A stretch of 64,000 bases of DNA from Octopus vulgaris (GCA_951406725.2 OX597818.1:74152001-74216000), one strand, 5' to 3'; shown: positions 50,226 through 62,833, counted from the first letter of the stretch. Made by a program: numbers and translations. The notes: generated by a model not told the origin, from the sequence alone.

Positions 50226-51386
50226 CATGTATGTATATATATATTTATACATATATATATATGTGTGCGTGTACGTGTTTGTGTGTGTGTCTGTATGTGT
50301 GTGTGCAGGTGTGTATTTATGACTATGTGTATTACATCGGAATGAGAAAGCGGTGCTACAATACCTGGCTTGTATTAATTATAGTTAAGTAAACTAAAAC
50401 AACATGGTAAGGCACAAGATGATGCCTGATGCAAGATTTGCTCTACCATATACCAACATACTAGTAGAACCTAATAGTATACCAGCATATCAGTATCGTA
50501 TAGAGTATATTGGTATAGACTGATGTGATATGATGTAGTGGTATCTCTGTGTATACCTCGTCAGCATCAGCACTACACAATTCAACGATAACATTTGGAT
50601 TTTCTAAGTGTGTTGCAATACGACAATTCGTGTGACGTGATCCTGCATGCGGGACTCCAAGTATTCATTTGAACTAGTGGGAATAACAACCAAATTTACC
50701 TCGAATTACATTCATATCTCGCAGTGAATACAGTTTATATGAGATAATGTATATTGAAACAGAAGATGGGATGGTCAAAGATGGAGTCGCTTTGATCGCG
50801 TGTCTGCTTGAACAATACTGATTTGGAACTAAACAACAATAATACCGGCAATACTAATGATACAAACAACGACAGCAGCAATTACAATCACACAACACTG
50901 AAGTGAATACATATGATGCACATTATCTCAAAGTGATCACATTTCTTTTCAATAGAAGCTTGTACAATAACAACATAAACATAATTGGGTAAACTCTAAC
51001 ATTTACGGCTATCACACTAATCACACAGTCTACAGCGACAGCGACAAGACAAATATTTAATCAATGCTAATCACAAATAATAACATGAATATACATAAAA
51101 CATAAGAGTAAGATGAATTACGAGAATGATGGCAAGAATAAGAATTGAGAGAGCGAGATGGTACACAAAATATATTGAACCACAATGTAAATAGACAAGT
51201 CGACTTTGAATAGAACTGCGTATGAAATTTATGGGATCCACTCAACAGGACGTAAACAACAGATAAGAACCTATTCTAGGTGTAGCTGAGATTTCCGGGA
51301 ACACACACACAACCCTTCTCTACAACTGCACACAAACACATACTCACACACATATAATATATACGCACGCTCATATATATATAAAC

Positions 51387-51422
<36 letters not shown>

Positions 51423-51431
51423 ATATATATT

Positions 51432-51548
51432 TGGCCAGCTCGCTTTGCCTGCGGGGTGGCGTCATTTGAAGGCTAAAACAATGCAAAGCGCATTGTGACC
51501 AGCGATGTGTAGCAACATCTGATAGCCTGGACTGTCACGGTGATCACG

Positions 51549-51553
<5 letters not shown>
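51432..51553 (+). mobile_element. 3' fragment of SINE family C
   Basis: Matches 57620-57742, including the (CACGGTGAT)2 tail. Confidence 0.85.
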
Positions 51554-51617
<64 letters not shown>

Positions 51618-51694
51618 ACAAAACACACACACATATATAAATATATACGTATAGAAAAAATATATATACAGAAATTCATATACCTATAGACATA

Positions 51695-52094
<400 letters not shown>

Positions 52095-52631
52095 ATAAAA
52101 CGGTAAGATAACAAAAGAAAGAAAGAGACCTCAATATTATGTAAATAGAGGAAATTTATCTATACAATATGTTACATTACTCGGTAGTCAAGATAAAACT
52201 CTGAGTTTCAGATGCCGAAGTGGAAATCCACAACACCATCTCTTCGGTTATCTGGCTATTTGAAAACGTTATGAAAAAATATACCGTTAAAAATGAAGGG
52301 AAATTACTCTGTTATAACTCTGCTTGCCTGCGTACTTATACATCGCTCGCATTTTTCGTCATAAAAATTATATAAAAATACATAAAAAATATATAAAAAT
52401 ATATAAAAATATATAAAATCTTCTTGGGACATAACACAGAAAGCATGTTCTATCCGTTTTCTTTAGGGGACCAAAAACGTAACAGAAATTTAGTCACATG
52501 TGGGCATGATCCGAAAAGTTCTGTCCTTGTATTTAGACATGTGGTAGGGTCTAAGCTGCTTTTCCAGATAAGCCATCTCTCCATGTCGCATAAACCGCAC
52601 CTTCCGCTGCCGTTAGTATAGGGCTTACATC

Positions 52632-53291
52632 TGGTTTACGCCCCCTTACTCACCCGAGGTGGCCTTCAATATAGGTAAATATTTCCTAGCACTGATAGAT
52701 AGACATTTTCCAGTTAACCATGCTTATAGGAAACTCTTCAATAGACACAATTTAAAAATTAGTTTTAGTTCAACTACCAATTTTAAAAACATAATCAATC
52801 ATAACATACAAAAAACACAAGAAGAAAACAGCTGTTCATGCAGGAATAAAGAATTGTGCCCGCTAAATGGAGCTTGCATGTCCAAGACCATCATATATGA
52901 GGCTACCGTAAACTCTATAACCACTAAAGACACCGTTTTGACGAAGAAATACGTGGGCCTGACAGAGGGTAATTTCAAGGCCAGGTTCAATAACCACACT
53001 TTGAGCTTTAGGCACTGGAACAAAAGAAAAGCGACACAATTATCCAATCATATTTGGTCTTTAAGAGATAAAGGTGTCGATTATAACATACAATGGAAGA
53101 TTTTGGCCAGATGTAAGCCCTATACTAACGGCAGCGGAAGGTGCGGTTTATGCGACATGGAGAGATGGCTTATCTGGAAAAGCAGCTTAGACCCTACCAC
53201 ATGTCTAAATACAAGGACAGAACTTTTCGGATCATGCCCACATGTGACTAAATTTCTGTTACGTTTTTGGTCCCCTAAAGAAAACGGATAG
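52632..53291 (+). CDS. PLE RT-thumb plus GIY-YIG endonuclease, open frame but 5'-truncated (listed GTG start at 52659 is probably not real)
   Basis: WFTPPYS…NIGKYFL…HFP, CSC-x5-C linker, IIYEATV…YVGLTE…FKARFNNH (GIY-YIG), WKIL, CGLC, LNTRTE…CPH. The motif layout recalls the Hydra clade of PLEs. Confidence 0.88.
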   Translation, partial: WFTPPYSPEVAFNIGKYFLALIDRHFPVNHAYRKLFNRHNLKISFSSTTNFKNIINHNIQKTQEENSCSCRNKELCPLNGACMSKTIIYEATVNSITTKDTVLTKKYVGLTEGNFKARFNNHTLSFRHWNKRKATQLSNHIWSLRDKGVDYNIQWKILARCKPYTNGSGRCGLCDMERWLIWKSSLDPTTCLNTRTELFGSCPHVTKFLLRFWSPKENG

Positions 53292-53482
53292 AACATGCTT
53301 TCTGTGTTATGTCCCAAGAAGATTTTATATATTTTTATATATTTTTATATATTTTTTATGTATTTTTATATAATTTTTATGACGAAAAATGCGAGCGATG
53401 TATAAGTACGCAGGCAAGCAGAGTTATAACAGAGTAATTTCCCTTCATTTTTAACGGTATATTTTTTCATAACGTTTTCAAA

Positions 53483-53556
53483 TAGCCAGATAACCGAAGA
53501 GATGGTGTTGTGGATTTCCACTTCGGCATCTGAAACTCAGAGTTTTATCTTGACTA
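53483..53556 (+). ncRNA. HHR motif in the PLE 3' pseudo-LTR, CCGAAGA core (mirror copy at 52185-52258, minus strand)
   Basis: AGATAA-CCGAAGA-GATG…CATC-T-GAAA-CTC-A-GAG-TT-TTATCT: 6 bp stem I, predicted GUU cleavage. Confidence 0.65.
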
Positions 53557-53581
53557 CCGAGTAATGTAACATATTGTATAG

Positions 53582-53613
<32 letters not shown>

Positions 53614-53839
53614 TAAATATATTATAGTATAGATGGCCCATTAGTAATTCAAACCTAAAGGTAAATTAATAAACAAGGGCACAAAACAGTACCAGCATTG
53701 CTAGAAAAAAGAGTCAAAAACGATTCACAAAGCCACCAAAAAAGCGCTAACTCAATGAATTGACGAAACAGGGGTAGCGGGAATGCATCTTACCGTAGTG
53801 AGAACAAACTCACAAATGAAGTAATAGATATATACATCT

Positions 53840-54650
53840 CACGTGATTTCGAGCTCTGATTAATTCAGTCTTAGTTCTTGGTAGTGGATCTTCATCATCA
53901 TCATTGTTCGACCGTGGTCGAGACAATGGAATTTACCATGCTACGCCAGACTTCACGGTCCATCATGGCATTACGGAGGTCCTGTTGCTGGATGCCTGTA
54001 TCCCTGGAGATTACATCAGGGTAGGAGAGTGTGCGCCCTCTGGTATTGCGAGTAGATGGCTTCCAGAAGAGAAGAGTAGAAATTACCTCTTTTTCAGCTC
54101 TACAACAATGTCCAGCAAACTGGACGCTCTTACCTTTCACAAGAGATGACACAGCTGGTAGTTTCCCATATATTTGCATTTTGGTTGGATGGCGCTTCCA
54201 CGAGAGATTTTGAGCTCTCATAAGGAGGCGAGTGTAGGTTCCATCCAACCGCCTCTCAAGCTTCTTTGATAACGTATAGATTTCTGAGCCATATAGTAGA
54301 ATTGGTTCGACTGTGGCTTTGAAGATTTCAAGTTTGAAGTCTCTACTTAGATTTGATGACCAGATCTTATGCACAGTGGATCTTACTGTGCTTAGGTTTA
54401 AAGAGTAACTCGCCACGTCAAACTCATGAGAAAAACGTTGTAAAGCATCTGCGAATTCAAATCGGTAGGAGTGCATAGTATGAATAAAATAATATGATAT
54501 ATTAAATATATCGTAATATAGGTTACCCGTAAGCATTTCAAAACTAAAGAGAAATAATAAACACGCTTTTCGACGGTCTTTATCATGCGTTTGACGACGT
54601 GAGTTACTCTTTGACCCTAGTAAGATCCACTGAAGAGAACTAAGATTGAA

Positions 54651-54655
<5 letters not shown>
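53840..54655. mobile_element. Older fold-back cassette between TA tracts, interrupted by an RTE insertion
   Basis: Left arm 53858-53892 plus 54385-54446 pairs with 54566-54655; HHR remnants CTGAAGA at 54630 and GCTC-GAAA-TCACGTGA on the minus strand near 53840-53856. Confidence 0.65.
53893..54374 (-). mobile_element. 5'-truncated RTE-type LINE 3' end with (TGA)n tail and 10 bp TSD
   Basis: KIWSS…FKATVEPILLYGSE…RLDGTYTRLL…FAGHC…DREVWR; AGTGGATCTT duplicated at 53883-53892 and 54375-54384. Confidence 0.92.
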
Positions 54656-54716
<61 letters not shown>

Positions 54717-54718
<2 letters not shown>

Positions 54719-54927
54719 TAAAGACCCCCTTCGGTCATGAATGATCATGGGATTGCACCTAGAAAGTTACCCTCCTAGACACAAGTCCGGGCAAGGTTGT
54801 TTATGGGAAGCCAGCAGTCGCCCATGCATACCAGCCTCCCCTCTCCACGCCACCAGTGTTATCCAAGGGAAAGACAAAGGTCAATACAGCTTGGCACCTG
54901 TGACGTCGCAACTCATTTCTACAGCTA
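54717..54927 (-). mobile_element. GC-richer retroposon (SINE/RTE-related) 3' fragment
   Basis: Composition break next to (TA)n; resembles cephalopod SINE bodies from memory only. Confidence 0.4.
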
Positions 54928-54990
54928 GAAATATAATTAATCAAATTATAATTAAATATAATTAATCAAAAAACGGAGAGAAAAAGACAA

Positions 54991-55033
54991 GAACCTGAAG
55001 ATTGCATAGCGTAATGCATGAAAGTACTTGCTC
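54991..55033 (+). ncRNA. Minimal HHR motif with canonical core
   Basis: GAAC-CTGAAGA-T-TGCAT(AGCGTA)ATGCA-T-GAAA-GTAC-TT-GCTC; palindromic stem III AAGTACTT; one mismatch in stem I. Confidence 0.75.
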
Positions 55034-55176
55034 AATCAGAATGGACGTTTAATATTCTATCATTTCACTATATTATATCATTTTATATTTTATAATTATA
55101 AGATTGTAAATAAAACGTGAAAATCAAAGTTGAATTTCTTTAAGTAGTATATTCTTCTACACACAATGGTAGACAC

Positions 55177-55242
<66 letters not shown>

Positions 55243-55416
55243 TGCTAACAAGACAAGCGAATTGAATAGTGTGTCATTTAGTGTAAGTTCCATCAATGCC
55301 AGTTCAAATATTTGCCGTACGTTTAACTTTATTTGTACGTAGTTGTGTCAATGCACGTTATTTAGATTCTATTAGGACTATTGTTCATAAATGCATATTT
55401 TTATTTAGTTGGCATT

Positions 55417-55777
55417 AGGAATAGCTGTGTGATAAGTAGCTTGCTTCCCAGCCACATGGTTCTGGGTTCAGTCCCTCTGCGTGGTACCTTGGGTAAGTGT
55501 CTTCTACTATAGCCTCGGGCCGACCAAATCTCGTCGTATATATATGTATATATATAAAATGTGACCGCGTGTGTACCATTGGCGATTTTTTTCCTCTGTC
55601 TTCCCTTCCTTGGATCTTTCCTTTTCCTATGTTTCTGACAAAGAGCTCCGCTCGAAACGTTAAATCTTCCTTCCTTTCCTTTCCTGAGCATCCAATAACA
55701 CTATACTTGTTCCACGTCGTCGCGTTGTTGTGTTTTCTCTTTGTGTTTTCATGTTTGATTAACTATATATATATATG

Positions 55778-55813
<36 letters not shown>

Positions 55814-56045
55814 TGTATGTATGTATATCTTTGCGTGTCTTTGTCTCCCCCACATTGCTTGATAACCGATTCTGGTGTGTTTACGTTCACGTCAATTAGC
55901 GGTTCGGCAAGAGAGACCGATAGAATAAGTACTAGGCTTACAAAGCATAAGTCCTGGGGTCGATTTGCTTGACTAAAGGCGGTGCTCCAGCATGGCCGCA
56001 GTCAAATGACTGAAACAAATGAAGGAATAAAAGAATAAAAGAAAA
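55417..56045 (+). mobile_element. SINE family A split at its internal (TA)n by an HHR element
   Basis: Head at 55417-55540 and 3' half at 55830-56045. Confidence 0.85.
55632..55664 (+). ncRNA. Minimal HHR motif (G8-to-A) within the TA-flanked insert 55556-55763
   Basis: TTT-CTGACAA-A-GAGC(TCC)GCTC-GAAAC-GTT-AAA. Confidence 0.7.
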
Positions 56046-57346
56046 AAATTAATATAATTTATAACTAAACAATTTTGCCTGTTCATTAGCTGGTTGACGA
56101 TACTATAAATTATACAGTTAACAGATATTGTTAGAGTTGAATGTACAGTGCGTTGATTCCACATCATTTAAAGTAAGCTCAGATATATTTACTAACACAA
56201 TTTTACTCAGCCAGAGTACGAAGAAATTTGAAGGGGTCTTTCTAGGTTAGAATATTTCGGCTGCAATTGAACGGTGTTGGTCTCTTAGACAATTTCACAA
56301 AGCAGCAACACAGGTGGCAAGATAGATAATTCGCGTCAAGCATACAGTCGAGTGTCGCACAGCACTGAAAGTTAACTGACTTTATGAAGCCATGTTACAT
56401 ATCTGTTTATGTGTATGCCATATAATTTTAACTGTGTGCCAGTGGACCATGGTCACCATATGCAGAAGGGAAATAACTGCGTAAGAGAAAGGCAGAGATT
56501 GTGTGAACTGTAATTATGATTGGTTCAACTATATTTATGATGCAAGTCTTTGCCGTTTTAAAAGGAGTAGCGTTTGATTTCTTTGTACTCTTGATTTGTT
56601 CTTGGTGGTTGGTTACACATGTCAATTATCCTTAGCTGACCTTCAAGATTCGGCCCGATGTGCAGACATACGCTTTGGTTCACATATACTTCCGTAGACG
56701 CACCAACGCTCGAACACACTCACGCACGCGCGTGTGCATCTGTATGTGCGTTTGTGTGTTTTTGAGTGCGCGTGCGAGTGTGTCTGTATTCGTGTGAGTG
56801 TATGTGCCCGAGCGCCACGCATCCATTTCCAAGTAGTTTATCTTAGCATTTTTGATTCGACTCTACCCTATACTGTTCTCTCTTCCCCAACCCTCTTCTC
56901 TCTTATCATTTCTCTAATTCCTTTTCTTTCTCCCATTCACCATTTTTTTCCATCTGTCTCTCTTCTATCTTTTCTCTTGTCAAAGAAAACATTTCTCCAG
57001 CATTCGCTATTTTACCTTCATCTAGTCTAACGACCCTCCATGATTCTTTTCTTTTGGTTCCTAGTATGTCTCCACTGTCACGATTTTGTTACCAACTTTG
57101 TCTCTCCGCAAATCTCAAATTATATTTTGGGTTTTATCTGAGCGTCTACCTTCGAAGACTCATATTGTCGTTCAATGCTCGAAATGAGGAGTAGATGGAC
57201 AGCCGGAAATTGATGAAGGGTCGTTCTTTATATTAATTGTCATCTTTTCCATTTGTTTCTCTCGTTGTTTGCTATTCAACACTTGTTTTCATATTTCATG
57301 TTGTTTACGGTTTGTTACGTCCTATAGCCATATATTCATGTGTATA

Positions 57347-57394
<48 letters not shown>

Positions 57395-57444
57395 AGTGTG
57401 TGTATCATTGTATCTAACTACGACTATATATATGTGTGTGTGTG

Positions 57445-57978
<534 letters not shown>

Positions 57979-58032
57979 TATATATGTATATATGTATGTA
58001 TGTATATATATGTATATATATATATATGTGTG

Positions 58033-58840
58033 TACGAAAGAAGGTTTGAAAATGCAATTTAAAAGATGTTTATTTACTTTACCGGTTTCACTCTTTGGAA
58101 AAAGATTGTTAAAAGTAACATGTAGAAGTTTGGTTGCGTTAATTATTGGTTGTTACAAATTGCTGCATTACATATATACAGTCTTTGGTAACAGGGACAT
58201 GTTAAGGACCTAAAAAAGTTCAACAAGTTCCTTAAAATATTGGGCACAAAAGATTACTACATAAATAATCGTTCTCAAGGTCAGTTTTAGCTTCACTACT
58301 ATTATAATGTAAATCTTTTTGAACTCATAATATTCTGTACGTGTATACTGAACTTTTTTAATAATTCCTTCTGGAAATTATCTTGAGAATGTATAATATA
58401 TTTGTTGTAATCTTTTGTGCCCATTATTTCAATGAGCTTGTTAAACTTTTTTATATTCTCAACATGCTCTTGTCACCAAAGAATGTATATTTATATGGAT
58501 TGTAGTACTCTGTGTCAACCAATATTCTGTGCATGTTTGAATATACAGATACAATACCAATACCAATATCAATTCCTTCTGGAAACTATCTTAAGCATGT
58601 CCTTGAGAACGATTATTCATGTAGTAATCTTGTTGAACTTCTTTATGTTACCAAAGACTGTATATATGTAACGTAGCAATTTGTAACAACCAATAATTAA
58701 CGCAACCAAACTTCTACGTGTTACTTTTGACAATCTTTTTCCAAAGAGTGAAACCGGTAAAGTAAATAAACATCTTTTAAATTGCATTTTCAAACCTTCT
58801 TTCGTATATAATTCCACTCGTGCGGTACCCCACATCTTTG

Positions 58841-58842
<2 letters not shown>
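58033..58842 (+). mobile_element. (TA)n-flanked fold-back cassette with ~160 bp arms, scrambled interior and HHR
   Basis: 58033-58192 mirrors 58646-58806; extension to 58842. Confidence 0.8.
58721..58765 (+). ncRNA. HHR motif with TTGACAA core
   Basis: TTACTT-TTGACAA-TCTTT(TTCC)AAAGA-GT-GAAAC-CG-GTA-AAGTAA: 6 bp stem I, palindromic ACCGGT, GUA triplet. Confidence 0.6.
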
Positions 58843-58926
<84 letters not shown>

Positions 58927-58946
58927 TTTGTTATATATATATATAC

Positions 58947-58996
<50 letters not shown>

Positions 58997-59129
58997 TTTA
59001 AAGAAATACGTCGCGTGTATATACGTATGTTTGCATACATGTATATATATATATATATAAGAAAATCGTTCAGTCATGTATATATATATATATATATATA
59101 TGTATATACATATATAACCAAGTACGTAC

Positions 59130-59169
<40 letters not shown>

Positions 59170-60469
59170 TTCACATTTAACCTTCTGATAGATAGATAGA
59201 TACATACATACATACATACATACACACATACATAGATATTGCTTTATTTTTCTTTCTATCTGTCCATCGATCTTCCTTTCTGTCTGTCTGTCTTCCTATC
59301 TGTCTATCTTTTTATCTATCTATTTATCTCTCTTTTCATCTATTTTAGTCTATCTGTTTATATATCAATCTTTCTATTTATTTATTCATATTTCTGCCTT
59401 TTTTGCACTCTAGCAATATATACCAGCTGCATCCAATTTCTGTTTTTATGCTTATTGTAGAAAAGATTATCATTAGTGTTATGACTATTGCAGAAATGAG
59501 TATTATTGTTTTATATCACGCCTTTTCACATTTCGATTATAGATTATTCTAAATTTTATTCTACTATTAAATTGTAACATAATTTTCAGATATGATAATT
59601 GAACATATAACGTTTTATAGTGTTTTTGATCAAAAATATTAGCAAATTAACTTAGTGGTGAGCAGCCAATTTTGAATGACTTTTGGTTAAAGAAATTCTG
59701 GTATGTATGTCCTCGAATGGAATTGGGTTCTCACTTTATATAGGAGAATTTTGCCTGTCGGCATTCTTAAATCTTTGGGAATGAATGATTATACCATACC
59801 ATATTTTGCATTTCATTCTATTGAATTGGCAACGCGTTGGTATTCAAGCTTTTCTTACAAAAGCTTAAATTCTAGTTCACTAACATATTTTCTTTACTCT
59901 ATTAAACGATACTTACATATGTGAGTTTACTAAGGTTAAAACTATTTAGAACAAATTCATATGCACATTCTTATAAACGCTATGTTCGATGGTATGAATA
60001 CTTTTATGCGGTTTACATTCCGACATTTGTTTGTATGAAAGGTTTTGATTTGGTGGTTTAAGAGTTAAAAGAAAACTGAATATGCAAATATTTATAATTA
60101 CATATAATGTAAAAAATGTTTTTAAAGAAGTTTGTATAATCTAAAAATATTTGTATGTTGGGAATGGATATTGCAAATACATATTGATCTATGTATAGGG
60201 GCATGGTCTAGGGTGTCTGCAGCTCTCGTGCTGAAACTTGCAGAAGGGATATGCGTGTGTGTTTGTGTATGCGCGGCGTGTAAGTATGTACTCACACATT
60301 CAAAGATGCTAATATATACATGCATCTATATTCATGCATACACACACACAGACACACATATACATGCATGTATGCACATATCTATAAAAAACCCGATTGG
60401 CAGATTCGTTAAAGTGTCAGATTAGATCGGTTTACGATAATCGTTCCGGGCCTCTACGCCTTCAGTTTG

Positions 60470-61220
60470 CTTGTCGCATTAGTTGGTAGCAACTCAAAGT
60501 GGATCACTCTTTTGCAATTCCACAAAGAGAGAGAAAAATCTTCATCGCATGGAGTTCTTTTCCGGTTGTGGCTGGACCTTTTTCCCTAACCAAGCCAATG
60601 TTTATGACGCTTAATATTTTGATAAAGAACCCTTTTTCATCACCGATCATCAGTCTGTCTCAAAAGGGTGAGATGTGTTCACACGAAGGTAGAGCAGATG
60701 TCCTCACAGGATTTGCAGTTAGCTTCTGACAAATCACGAGGCACCAATTTTCCAGCATTTGACACATTTCCAAGCTGTTGAAGAAGGCAGTGAACAGTTG
60801 TATGGATTGAACAAAGCTTGCTTGCCAATTCTTCAACTGAAATTGCATAATCTTTTTTAAGATCTACCAAAAGGATCTTGTTGTCAAACTCGATTGGACG
60901 TCCTGTTCAGGCCTTATATTCAAAGCTGAAATCTCCAATACTGCACATTCTTCATAACCCGAGTGAATATTCTGAGTCGCTCAGCTGCAGAGTTCATAAA
61001 GTATTATGTGCTTCAATTACTCTTTAGACATTTCTATGTTTGAAGAGCTATAATTAGTGAAATTTCAATTAGATTATACTGCAAAATGAAATTTAATTAT
61101 CTTAGATATGTCCAAATGCATATAAATATTATTTGATGCCATTCGACATTCTAAAATGCTGTTAAAACGTTTACAAATTAAAAATATAGAAGTCTGAACA
61201 TTAATTATGGGATAACCTGA
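60470..61220 (-). mobile_element. Decayed mariner 5' half
   Basis: GRPIEFD…SVEELASKL…LQQLG…GKLVPRDLSE, decayed TGDEK…YQNIKR; TIR-like TCAGGTTATCCCATAA at 61206-61221. Confidence 0.75.
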
Positions 61221-61258
61221 TCAATAGATAGATAGATAGATAACCATATGTTTATATA

Positions 61259-61356
<98 letters not shown>

Positions 61357-61372
61357 CATATTTATATATATA

Positions 61373-62412
61373 TCAAAAATAAGCAGCAAGAATCCGGTAA
61401 TTTAGTACAATTGTTTCATACTACAACATTTTATTAAAAGCTGTAAATATACAGATAAAGATGTAGATATGAATCTTAGGAACATGAGGTAGTGTAGTTT
61501 GGATGCAAACTGACAAAAACTTTGTTCGCAACTGACTGTTGTGAGAAAAATTCCTTAGTTATAAGGATAGGGGTAAGGGCAGGTCAAGAATTCAAGTTAG
61601 TTGAAGAAAAGAAGAGGAAAATTCAGGAGATGTAAAAGAAGAACAGATTGTCACGAGAACAAAGGGTCAATTTATTTATGTGGTGACAAAAGATTTAGGT
61701 CAGTGTAGAAAGATCATTAAATTCTTCGGAACATATGAGGTAGAAGGTCAGCTACTAAACTGACCAAACCTTACTTTCAACTGAAAGCCATCAGAATTTT
61801 TAGTAGGAATTTAGGTAAGGGGATGTAAAGAATACTGTAAAATGGGTTTAAGTTAGATGCAGAAAAAATACATGAAGGGAATTCAGGTTGTCACTAGAAC
61901 AGAAAGCTATTTATTTTTATGTGGTGAGAAAAAATCTAGGTCAATGTACAGAGGTCAATTAAATTCTTTTGCAAAGGGTAGGGGAACAAAACCTCATCTA
62001 ATTTATAGTAGGTATCGTATTTTATATCTGGGGGAATGGTATTAAATGTTAAAATTAGAATATATTTGGGGAAAGTAGCAATTTCATGATTATAGTGAGG
62101 TTAATCTAGTTGACTATAGAAGTAAATTAAAGGTTCGTATAGTATATCTCATATTATTATTATATTAAAAAGATTACAGTTAGAAAATGTAGGAAAACCT
62201 TAACTTTCTATTTAAAGTATTTAAAAGTTCTAATTGAGGAATGAATACAAGAGTTCCTAACTCGAGACGATTATTTAGTAGATTTTTGTTACTTCGATAC
62301 TTTAAAATTTCATAGGTTTCCATATAATCACCCCGCATATTTTTATGGGTAACACCATAAAAAACTCTGGTGCATCTAAATTAAGTGCCATATTCATTTG
62401 AATCTAAATTGT
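61373..62412. repeat. TA-flanked ~1 kb element with two diverged ~250 bp direct repeats
   Basis: Blocks ggaaca..gaggtag, aaactgac.aa, ggtaaggg, aagttag, ttgtcac.agaaca, atgtggtga and ttaaattctt recur in order at 61470-61727 and 61728-61970. Confidence 0.6.
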
Positions 62413-62431
62413 ATTTATATATATATATATA

Positions 62432-62833
62432 TACTCTTTACTCTCTCTTTTACTCTTTTACTTGTTTCAGTCACTTGACTGCGGCCATGCTGGAGCACCG
62501 CCTTTAGTCGAGCAAATCGACCCCAGGACTTATTCTTTGTAAGCCCAGTACTTATTCTATCGGTCTTTTTGCCGAAACGCTAAGTTACAGGGACATGAAC
62601 ACACCAGCATCGGTTGTCAAGCGATGTTGGGAGGACAAACACAGACACACAAACACACACATACATACATACATATACACGACAGGCTTCTTTCAGTTTC
62701 CGTCTGCCAAATCCACTCACAAGGCTTTGGTCGGCCCGAGACTATAGTAGAAGACACTTGCCCAAAGTGCCACGCAGTGGGACTGAACCCGGAACCATGT
62801 GGTTGGTAAGCAAGCTACTTACCACACAGCCAT
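62432..62833 (-). mobile_element. Near full-length SINE family A
   Basis: Highly similar to 14905-15302. Confidence 0.88.

Larger units (their letters stand above)
52093..53584 (+). mobile_element. 5'-truncated Penelope-like element with 478 bp inverted arms, inserted in (TA)n
   Basis: Arms 52157-52634 and 53107-53584 are mirror images (identical 65 aa ORFs at 52424+ and 53317-); 472 bp spacer; TA tracts on both sides. Confidence 0.93.

Noticed and set aside
53901-54536. 211 aa protein-coding gene
   Set aside because: Chimera of a non-coding cassette and a truncated RTE ORF.
54374-54632. hAT-type MITE with CAGTGGATCTTACT termini
   Set aside because: No 8 bp TSD; the left end is the RTE target duplication and the inverted match continues beyond it at 53858-53892.
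57144-57196. HHR-like CTAC…CGAAGA…CTCGAAA…GTAG
   Set aside because: Too degenerate to fold convincingly, though it may be an old PLE terminus.
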